64,000 nucleotides of DNA, taken from assembly GCA_028023455.1 (NCBI GenBank), contig JAQFVV010000009.1, forward strand, positions 11,594,001 through 11,658,000. The letters are read 5' to 3'. The notes under the pieces were generated by a model, which saw only the letters and a program-made list of their open reading frames with translations, ran no database searches and was not told where the DNA came from. The translations under genes and the position numbers were made by a program. Source of the DNA: Epiperipatus broadwayi (Eukaryota > Animalia > Onychophora). Below, in pieces: positions 1-10,525 of this stretch (within the stretch, counting starts at the first letter, position 1; each line of letters opens with the position of its first letter).

Positions 1-3000
1 TTTGTCTTTACCAATATTTGAACTTAAATTGGTTAATAAAAGCAGAGACATTTTTCCAAATTTGAATCAGTCAAACATAAATCTCATTTTTTTTTTTTGT
101 TAATTTTACTGATGAAAATTATTTTCATAAAGAACAAAATAGTCAGGCTTACAAAAGCAAATTATCGCAAGGAGAATGTTAAAAACAAAATTACAGACTT
201 GCTCCAGATTACTCTTCAAAATTTAACAAATATAAAAAATGTCTGTATTCAGATTGCATACAGAACAATTTTTTTAGTTTGAAATCGATTAATTTGAATT
301 TTTGTTATACATTTTTTTCTTCCGATTATTAATAAAATTGTATTTTGCATTATAGTATTACTCTGTAAGGTCTGAACTTTTTATTCTTATAATCTGAAGT
401 TCAAGGCATCAATATTAATTCACCAATATGTTAACTTTTGTATTTGCATTATAGAATGACTATTTCTGATGTATGATAATGCTATACAGGCTTATTGTTA
501 TTTGAAGCAAATGTATAATGTTTAGATAGAAAAATAGGAGGCCAAAGTGAAATAAGGATTTGTATTCCAAATGTAGTTTGTATAGAAGTTGGAGAGTATT
601 AAATACTTAATTTTGAAAGTAAAATGTTGATAGAAAATCTAGATAAATTGTATTATAAATGTGAGAATTTTACAGGTAATAAAAGTAAATTTCTAATATA
701 GATTTTATGACTTTTTTTGTTTATGTCTTTATAATTTTTTTTTTTACTAAATATGAGTATAATTTAGTGGAAATGAGCCTGATTTGATAAAATAATTAGA
801 TAATAAGAAAGGAATAAGGAGTAAATGAGTTTATTATTGTATATGAAAGGTCTGGATGAGAGAAATTTAACTTAGACAGATCATGTAATCTATATACAAA
901 AATTTTTGATTTCATTTAAGAGAAACTAATACATATCACATCAAAATATAATTTATTAGACAAATTAATTTTTTAAAAGATCTTATTCAACAAGTGATTT
1001 TTTTTATTTATTTTTTTTATAATTGCCAGTATACAAACAAAGCACTAATAAAATAAATAAATAGAATGATGCTTTTAAGATCTTACTTTTTAATATAAAT
1101 AAAAAAAGAGAGTATTTCAGCTAAACTTTTTTAAACTCCATTATTGAATCAGATAGTAGGGGCTATGGATCAAGTTTATTGGCATGCTATTAGGAAAAAA
1201 AAAAAAACTTCAATAAAATAAAATAAAATATAGGATAGTAAATGTAATGCTAAAACAAATATTTTTTATATATATGGAGAGAGATATACACAAACATTGT
1301 ATAAGAAATTAATAGTGATTCCAACAAGTAAATAGAATTCATTAGATTAATTCTGCCATTATATAATATGCATAGAAATAAAAGTAATATTCTATTACTA
1401 ATGCTAAAAAATTGCCAAAATATAATTTTAAAAATACAATTTTATTATTGGATAAAAAAATGGTAATTTAAAAATGAAAATTACTTATACAGACTCAGAA
1501 TTTCATTCTAAATAGAACAAATCAGATGTAGATGTTATTTATCAAAGCAATACTAATTGTAAATCACAAATCTCTAGTTCACAAAAAATTAAAGTTCTTG
1601 ACTTTTTTTATGTAAATTAAAAAACAATATAATGGTAAATCTGAATACGTGATAATCTATGAAAATATTTTCTTGATGGTAATATCATTAAAGTCATTCT
1701 TTACTAAATTCATTTTGAATAAATATTTATAATTTTTTAGTAAGCATCTACATTTTAATAATCAAGCATAGATGGGAATTATAATAAATTTCTTCTCTCT
1801 CACCATGATCTTATTTCACTAAAAAAATTAGACAAATTACACATGATCATTATTATTCAATGTGTAGGATTGTTTTATGAGAATGATTTTTTAGCATCAA
1901 AGTGTAATGTGAATGGCTGAATCACTTATAAATGCATTTAAACATGTAAGCAGTGTGTTGAATAGTGTAACCTTATTAATTTATGCATATCTAATACATT
2001 TCACAAAAATATTTTATAAAACTGGCCTCTCACTTGAGCTTGCTCATATGCAATGTGAATTTATGCCTGAAGTATGATTTATATAGCTCCTGAAAATTTA
2101 ACATTATGCTAAAAAAATGTGTATTGATCATTTACCACATTTAGTAATAATGAATGGTACTTTTTTTACTATTACAGTTAAATGGAATGTTTAAATCATG
2201 TTATTAATAAATGTTTTGCAAGTAGTTCAAAAATTATTTGCATATTGTTAAGTTTGTCATTGATATGTCTTTTTAAATAATTGCATAAATTAGATAGGAA
2301 CAGACATCCTGCATATAAGAAAAATGAATTGGAGCATATTAATGATAATTGTAAGATATAAATGAAGTTGCAGGCTCCCTAACTATGAATTCTATTAGTC
2401 ATGATGAATAGCATTTTACCTGAACCATCATCTTCTTCAGAAATGGTTGATTTGATGAAACGATTATTTACAATCATAGACACTTTGATTTTCATTCAAA
2501 TATGTCTTCAGATTTTTTAAGGCTTATCTTTTCCAAGAAGGTGCCAATCAGTTTGAAAACTTGATACAACAATTGAAAGATGTTATTCAAGCTAAAATAT
2601 ACTAATACTAAAATAATGAAATTATTTAGAAAGAAAGTAAATTGATATAAAAGCATCCTTCTCTTTACAATTAATCAAGTTCCAGAGTTCTACCATAAAA
2701 TATAAAGATAGCAATACTAAATTATGTTGATTTATTTCTCATTCTTAAATGGTGCATGTGTCTAGTGTATGTTTTTTAGCTGTCAGTGGATTTATGCCTA
2801 TATTAAAAGTCTGTCTTTTTGTGCTTTTTTCTATTATAATTATAAGTTTTGTTTTTGTTGAAACATATTTTATTTTTATTATAAATTTAAATATATATTT
2901 ATAAAGTTTATATTAAAATAATTTTTGTCATTAATTTTTATATCTATAAATTCTTATCTTACATATAAAAACTCTATTTTCTCTGTTGTCTGATTGGTGA

Positions 3001-5281
3001 ATGTATAAAGGTTTGTCTGATGTCACATGTCAAATTCACAACCATTATATTAAGGACATAATTCCACTCAGAAAAAATTCAGTACATGTGCTTTCAACAG
3101 AGGTATAGTATTTAAATCATGAAGATGTGATTGCAGTATATAAATTCATGTTTGAAATGTGATATTTATTGAGGAGAAAAAAATAGATGCTACAGCACCA
3201 TATTTATAATTAGTTTTGGTATTATGTTTATGAGAAGGAAATAATTCAAAGTAATTCCATTATTAATAAAAAATGCTCAGAAAGAAATCTTAAAGAAAAT
3301 GTGATTACAGTACATAATCTCATGTTAAATCTTTACAAAAATTTGTTAATGCAAATAATGAAAAAAACAATGGACTTTATAAGACTGGGAACATCTGACA
3401 TATATATAAAACCTAAATATCTGATTTTAATTATCAAACTTTTTAATTAAAAACATTATAATATTATGGTTTTACTAATATGTCTTTTTTTTTTTTACTG
3501 TTAGTATAATTGTTAATTTCATCTATGTTAATTCTCAATCAATTAATGCTTTAATCTGATTTAATGAATGATTATAATCATTATATTTTCAAATATTTAT
3601 ATATTTTTTTAATTACCAATTTTACTATCAGCAGTCTCCAAATAAGAATAAAATAATTAAAACAATTCATTTCAGTTGGTATTTATATCACCACGTACTT
3701 TTCCAATTAAATAATTACTTTAAAAAATTTTGTGTTAAATGTTTTTTTTTTTTTATATGAAAGTTTGTATATATTTTAAATTCGGAAAATATATAAATAT
3801 ATTTATTTACAGGTAAAAAGACAGAGTAAAAAATTTTAATAATTGAAAAATTAGACATTTACTAGCAATAATTAAAAGAAATTTCTTTTATAAAAATTAT
3901 GCTGAATGAATTTTAATTTATGTAAAATAAATTTAGTTTACAATTCGTAAAATGCGCAGCTTAAAAAAATGTTAATCATAATTGTGTAAAATTAAGTTCT
4001 TTATATATCTGGATAATTTGCATTTGTTGACAAAACTTTTTATAACCATAATCTATCCTGCTTAATAATATTGCTTGCAGTAATATTGTCATACTGTTTA
4101 TGTTTATTTATATGAAGTTTTTTTACTCTGAAAACAAATACAAACAATTCTTATTCATAAAACATTCTTTTAAGCACAGTTTACTTGATTCTATTTTAGA
4201 AACTTCTACTGCAAACTTTGATTAAAAATGAGATGTTATTGATCTATATCATCCATTTTTTATTCTGGTGTGTGACTTTTACCTTCATTAGTAAAGTCTT
4301 AGGATTCAAAGCTGGAAATAGTGCCATTATTCTAGCTAATAGTCTGAAAATTTTTAAAAATCCTAAATTATCTAGATTTGACACTAGATCAATAACTATA
4401 CATTTTAGGGTCCTCAGTTAAAATCATCTTTTACATTTTGACTAGAAAGCTTAATATCAACAAAAATAGTATATGATATTCTCATTTTATTAAATATGCT
4501 TATAAGAGCAGTTCTCTTTGCTCACCTCTAGAATCATTTACTGTAAGTCTTTAGTATTCAGTGAACCCCAAATAGTAGTGTTATTCATTCCCGTACTATT
4601 TTAAAAACTTTATCAGTGAAAACATAGGATTCAAATGTGGAACTAATATGCTTATGCATTTAGCTGCCATCATTTACTCTTTTATATTATTCAAAATAAT
4701 AGCAAGTTTAATAAGCTAAGAAAGTCATGTAATATTTTATTGCTATTAACTTTCCTAGCCAAATGATAGGATAGCTCTTCATGTGGGCTAAAATTGAATC
4801 ACTAATATATATATTTAATAAATCAGTGTTAGGTCTATATAACTAAACAGAGGATTGATAGGTTTAAAACCTTAATTTTTGTTAATTTCAGTTATTAGCT
4901 CAAAGAGTATAAAGGAGTAAAAGGCAGTTACTAGATGCAGATATTAGTTCCATTTTGGAATCTTTCTTACTAATGACTATATCTAGAAACCAATCTGCAG
5001 ATATGGATATTATTGCACTTCATGACCTTTGATTACTCAAGGTCTACAATAAATATTACTAAAGTGAAGAAACCACTTTCAAAAATCTGTTTAGTAAGCT
5101 GAGAAAGTCATGATGGTTTATTGGTATAGTCATTCATAAATAATATATATTATTTAAATACATGTATATTGATTATACTAAACAATGTAATTACAAAAGA
5201 CTTGCAGTCTTTCAAATTCTCTACAGTTATTCTCTCCATCTTCTATAACTGATACACATGACCACATACATGTGAAAATGA

Positions 5282-5347
5282 TAAATAATCTCCAATATAC
5301 ATATTTCATGCTGAACCAGCACTCAACAGTTGGTCCAGATCACCATT
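5282..5347 (-). ncRNA. Degenerate type I hammerhead ribozyme motif (core A6 mutated)
   Basis: Reverse complement reads TGATCTGGACCAA-CTGTTGA-GTGCTG-GTT-CAGCAT-GAAA-TATGTATA-TTGGAGATTA. Confidence 0.7.
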
Positions 5348-5794
5348 TTCTACCCATATATACAATCAGCATTTAGTTTATATTAAGATAGCAAATCTTC
5401 AAACTTTAATGGACACGTTTCATTCTTTTCCACCTTCCAACTCTTTGGCCATTCATGAAAATCCAAAGGATGGAGCACTCAAAGACTTTGTTGATGCCAA
5501 TATTATCGTCATACCCATGTTTACTTTAATTCATTCTGACCCCTTACATATAGGACATTAATATGTCTATTTAAATATACAGATGGGGCATGGGCAGAAT
5601 ACAAGCTAAATATATAATATTTAAATACATGTATATTGTCTATTCTAAACAAGGTAATTAGAAAGAACTTAAATTCAGACTTTCATATGGATAGCAGAAG
5701 AGTTGGAGGATGGAGAAGAATGAAGCTTTTCCATTAAAATTTGAAGATTTGCTATTTTAATATAAACTGAGCACTGATTGTATATATGTGTGGG

Positions 5795-5863
5795 AGATGG
5801 TGATATGCAACAACTGATGAGTGTTGGTTCAGCATAAACTATGTATATTAGGGATCATTATCT
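5795..5863 (+). ncRNA. Degenerate type I hammerhead ribozyme motif (G12 mutated)
   Basis: CAA-CTGATGA-GTGTTG-GTT-CAGCAT-AAAC-TATGTATA-TTAGGGATCA; intact CUGAUGA box at 5814-5820. Confidence 0.7.
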
Positions 5864-6264
5864 TTTTCACATGTATATGGTGATGTGTATTGGTTGTATA
5901 TGATGGAGCGCATAGTTGTAAGTTTGAAAGTCTGAGTTCAAGTTTATTCTAATTACATTCAGTTCAGTATAGACAGTATACTTATATTTGAATATTACAT
6001 ATTGGGACTGTATTCTGCCCATCTCTCTTCTGTGTATTTAAATGGTTATATTGATATCCTATATGTGAGCTTTTTTTAAAGTGACATAAATTCAGCATGG
6101 GTATGACAATAATATTGGCATCAACAAAGGCTTTGAGCATTCCATCATCAGATTCTCAATGATATGGGTGACTAGAAGAGTTGGAAGGTGGAGAAATTAA
6201 AGCTTGTCCATTAGAGTTTGAAGATTTTCTATCTTAATCTAAACTGAGTGTATATATGTGTGAG

Positions 6265-6334
6265 AGATGGTTATCTTGACCTATCGATGAATGCTGTATC
6301 AGCACAAAATACATATATTGGAGATCATTTATCT
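6265..6334 (+). ncRNA. Degenerate type I hammerhead ribozyme motif (both core boxes mutated)
   Basis: TCGATGA-ATGCTG-TAT-CAGCAC-AAAA-TACATATA-TTGGAGATCA, 470 nt downstream of the previous copy. Confidence 0.6.
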
Positions 6335-6581
6335 TTTTCACATATATGTGGTCAGTGTATCAGTTGTATAAGGTATAGCTATAGGGAGCTTGAAAGTCTG
6401 AGTTCAAGCCTTTTCTAAAAATATTTATATGTAGTCAACTCTTGTAGCTGGACCAAAGAAATGGACATTATTTTTAATATTTTTTGTTGTCATTGTTTAA
6501 AAAAATTTATATGAATAATTAATCAAATTATTTTCTATTTGAAAATAATCATAGTTACTAATTTTTTCTATATAATTTTAG

Positions 6582-6673
6582 GTATTTGGTAAAATTGCAA
6601 TGAATCCACAGACAGCAATTACAAGGAACAACAATTTTCAAACTTTCCCACAGGCAGTGCTGGTGTTATTCCG
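6582..6673 (+). CDS. Ca-alpha1D: Cav1 (L-type) calcium channel alpha-1 internal exon, domain IV S5-P linker ([31 protein letters not shown])
   Basis: ttttag acceptor, gtaaac donor, 92 nt ending in phase 2. [16 protein letters not shown] is the Cav1 signature; it joins the next exon in frame (CG|G = Arg). Confidence 0.96.
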
Positions 6674-7019
6674 GTAAACATAATATTATTCGTTCATACC
6701 TTTTTTTATTTTTCTAAAAAAATATTTTTTATACTTTTTAACATGATGTAAAATAAAACACATTTTAGCTTTTGTATTACAAATGATTATAACCTACATA
6801 AGCAATTATGCAATTAATATAGCTCATTATTTGTAATTAGTGACGTTAGAGTTTGAAACAGTGAATAAAGATGTTCTCTGAAACTAGTTCTGTGAATCTT
6901 TTCTGAATTCAGGCTTTGAATAGTATATGATATCTTATTTGTAATCAGTTAATAGAGGTTGATTAAATGCACTCATTCATAGTAAATATAACCTATAATA
7001 ATTGTTAAAAACTTTTTAC

Positions 7020-7107
7020 GCAAATCACTTGCTGATATGTATCTCTATACTCATTATTGTGTAGCAAATCACTTGCTGATATGTATCTCTATACTCATTA
7101 TTGTGTG
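7020..7107. repeat. 44-bp tandem duplication
   Basis: gcaaatcacttgctgatatgtatctctatactcattattgtgt occurs twice adjacently (7020 and 7064). Confidence 0.95.
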
Positions 7108-7140
7108 TCTACACATTAACATTATCATTGTATCAGTATA

Positions 7141-8640
7141 ATTATCATCATCATCATAATCAATCTACTGCAGGATGAAGGTCTCTTCAAGTTTAATCCA
7201 TCTACTTTGATCTTTAGCTTCTCTTCTCCACATCACCCCTGCACACTTTCTTATTTCAGCCATCCATCTCACATGTGGTCTCTTTCTGGGTCTTTTACAA
7301 TCTCTTGGAATCCAGTTTAAGATTTCAATTGTCCATCTATTATCATCTCTTTTAGCAATGTGTCTAGCCCAACTCCAATAATTCTTTCAATGAGGTCAGT
7401 ACAACACCTGTTCGTTCTCTTATCCATACATTGTGATTTCGATCTCTTCTTGTTACTCCCAACATGCATCTCTCCATACTTCTTTGAGTGGTCTGAAATC
7501 TCTGTATTGCTTTTTTATTAAGTGTCCAAGTCTCAGATCCATAAGTAAGAACTGGTAAAACACATTTATTAAAAACCTTCCTTTTCAAACACATAGGCAT
7601 ATTTCCTTTTAGTATCAAGTTATTTCTACCAAAAGCACTCCAACCAAGATTAATTCTACGATTAATTTCATCCATTATGTTTCCATCTATATTAATAATC
7701 TGACCAAGATATTTGTAACTGTTAACTTCTTTTAATTCATCATAATCAATCTTTATTTTTATATTTTGAGCAAATCGATTAAACATTACTTTAGTCTTTT
7801 TAACATTTATCTTTAGTCCTACTTTCATCTGATAACTCCTGCAACATTTCCTGCAGCTCTGGAGTATTATTTGCAAAAATAACTACATCATCTGCAAAAT
7901 TTAAATGTCTTAAATAATCTCCATTTACCTTCACTCCTTTAGTTTCTTATTTTAATCCACAAAATACTTCTTGCAGCACTGCTGTAAAAAGTTTTGGAGA
8001 TATGGAGTCACCTTGTCTTACATCCTTCTCAATGTTGACTTTCCCAGTATCACTATGTAATCTAATTGTCGCTGCTGCATTTTTATAAATATTCTTTAAA
8101 ATATGACAATATCCTGGATCTATACTTTGATAATCCAATGCTTTAATCACTGAAGAAATGTTTATAGAATCAAATGCCTTTTTATAATCTACAAATCCAA
8201 AGCATAATGGCAACTCATATTCATTTGCCCTTTCTATAACTTCTCTCAATACCTGGATATGATCCATTGTAGTAAAACCATTTTTAAATCCAGCCTGTTC
8301 TCTTGGTTGGTGGAAATCCAATGTTCTCTGTAGACGAGTTGTAATTATCTTGGTAAAAATTTTGTATAAAACTGATAAAAGGCTGATAGGTCTGTAATTT
8401 CTAATATCTTCTTTATCACCTTTTTAAAATATTAATATTATTACTGCATTCTTCCAATCATCTGGTACATTTTTATCATTTAGACATTTGGTATATAACT
8501 TTGCTATTTTTTTTTCTATTTCTTCACCTGCTTTTTTTAATATATCAATTATAATTCCATTATTACCTGGAACCTTTCCTTTTTTCATACATTTAATTGC
8601 ATGTCTCACTTCATTTAACATTCTGGGCAATTATATCATT
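7141..8640 (-). mobile_element. 5'-truncated RTE-clade LINE, frameshifted reverse transcriptase, with (GAT)n-type 3' tail
   Basis: ORFs 8424..8630, 7947..8321 and 7364..7876 give consecutive RT motifs (QAGF, DYKKAFDS, VRQGDSISPKLF, FADD, YKYLGQ, LTYGSETW); ATG/GAT repeats at the 7141 end. Confidence 0.93.
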
Positions 8641-9430
8641 ATTTAAGTCATTTAGATTTAGCAGATGATGTAGTTGTTTTTGCAAATAATGCTTCAGAGC
8701 TTCAGGAAATGTTGCAAGAATTATTAGAGAAACTTAAGGAAGTAGGAATAAAGGTAAATGTTAAATAGACTAAAATAATATTCAATGGATATTTTCAAAA
8801 GATGAGAATAAAGATTGATAATAATGAGTTTAAAAGAAGTTAACAACTATAAATGCCTCGGTCAGATTATTTATACAGCTAAAAATATAATGGATGAAAT
8901 TAATCATAGAATTAAACTTGGTTGAAGTGCTTTTGGTAGAAATACTTTAATTGCTAAAAGGAAATATGCTATGCATTTAAAAGGGAAGGTTTTCAATAAA
9001 TGTGTTTATCAATTTTTACTTATGAATCTGAAACTTGGACACTTAACATAAGAGTAATACAGAGACTTCAGACTACTTAACAAAGTTTGGAGAGATGCAC
9101 ATTAGGAGTAACAATAAGAGATGGAAAACGAAATATCATTGGTGAAAGAACATACAGATAATACTGGCATCATTGAAAGAATTAAGAGAATGAAAGCAAT
9201 TGGGCTTGAAATATTGCTAGAAGAAATGATAATAGATAACTAAAATCTTATACTGGATACCAAGAAATTGTAAAAAACTTAAAAAAATATCACATATGAG
9301 ATGGTTGGATGAAATAAGAAAATGTACTGACATGATGTAAAGAATAGAGGTTAAAGATTGAAGAAAATGGATTAACTTGGAGAGGCCTTCATCCTGCAGT
9401 AGATTGATAATGTTTGAGAATAATGATGAT
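8638..9430 (+). mobile_element. Second, more decayed 3' fragment of the same RTE family, in opposite orientation
   Basis: Reverse-complement match to 7141-7920 (gcagatgatgtagtt... through ccttcatcctgcagtagattgat), with many stops and indels. Confidence 0.9.
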
Positions 9431-9986
9431 ATTACTTATGCAACATATTCAACATTTCAAATAATATTTTTTACATTGCTTTTTAATGTGCCCCCCCCCT
9501 CTTAATGTAGTGTCATTGTTTTAAAATTAAGCAATAAAGTGAAAAAGAAAATAGTTTACAATTTGACATAAGTTACACAAATACAAAGTAAATATATAAT
9601 TTATTCTTTTGGAGCTTCATTAATTCTTATTAGCCTTTGTCTTTGAAAACTTTAAAGTTACAAATTTATTTTTGTAAATTTTTGCATTTTGAGATTATGT
9701 ATAAATATTTTATATTTTAAAATTATATTTGAGATTTTTTAAAACAGCTATAAAAAGGGGAAAGGCATCATTCAATCTTCTTCCCCTTTTCTTGATGTTA
9801 TTTATTTATTTTCTAATTTAGATCAATTGTATTATTTAATTATATTTATTTGATCATGAATAATCATGACCATTAAACAATATTCATTCTAAGAATGACC
9901 ATATTTTGCCATTATCAATCCAAAACATGACAATTTTGATGATTTTAAATAATACATATGTAAAATATTTTATAATAAGCATGCTA

Positions 9987-10233
9987 TTATTTAGTGTGCA
10001 CTAAAAGGCCATAAGGCAATTCTTTTCTTCAATCACAATTGAAGCTTTATACTTAATTTGAAATAAAAGCTTGGGTGTCCAAAAATTGATTAATTCAATC
10101 ACTAGTTGTAAAAATTAGTTATTGAATTAATTAATTTCTGGACACCCATAGTTTTATTTTATGTTAAATATAAATACCCCTATTGTGTTTAAAGAAAACA
10201 ATTACCATTTGACTTTTTAGTGTACAGTAAATA
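9987..10233. mobile_element. Palindromic MITE-like element
   Basis: ~120-bp imperfect inverted arms (tatttagtgtgcactaaaa / ttttagtgtacagtaaata; gggtgtcc / ggacaccc), centre ~10113. Confidence 0.7.
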
Positions 10234-10274
10234 AAAACATTTACTTAAATACAAATATTTTGTCTATGCTGAAC

Positions 10275-10525
10275 TTAATATAATTAGAAGGGATTTGAAC
10301 TCAGACTTTCAAGCTCCCTATCTATCCACTCCATCCTATACAACTGATACACATGACCTCATACATGTGAAAAAGATAAATGATCTCCAACATAGCACAA
10401 AATACATATATTGAGATCATTTATCTTTTTCACACCTATGTGGTCATATATATCACTGTCTAGGATGGAGTGAATAACTGTAGAGAGCTTGAAAGTCTGA
10501 GTTCAAATCCCCTCTGATTACAAAA
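10275..10525. repeat. Fold-back (inverted) pair of partial copies of the 470-bp hammerhead repeat family
   Basis: Left arm gaactcagactttcaagctc...tgatctccaa is the reverse complement of right arm gagatcatttatc...gcttgaaagtctgagttc; same blocks as 6300-6410. Confidence 0.88.

Larger units (their letters stand above)
5145..6415. repeat. ~470-bp tandem repeat family carrying a hammerhead motif (retrozyme-like); ~1.2 units on the - strand followed by ~1.5 units on the + strand
   Basis: Blocks recur with 470-nt period (ribozyme core at 5814 and 6284; agaagagttgga at ~5696 and ~6175). 5145-5685 is the reverse complement; orientation flips at ~5685-5695. Confidence 0.85.

Noticed and set aside
4200-5110. 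Possible decayed CR1/L2-like LINE on the - strand
   Set aside because: Only scattered 3-4-residue resemblances; no motif could be read reliably.
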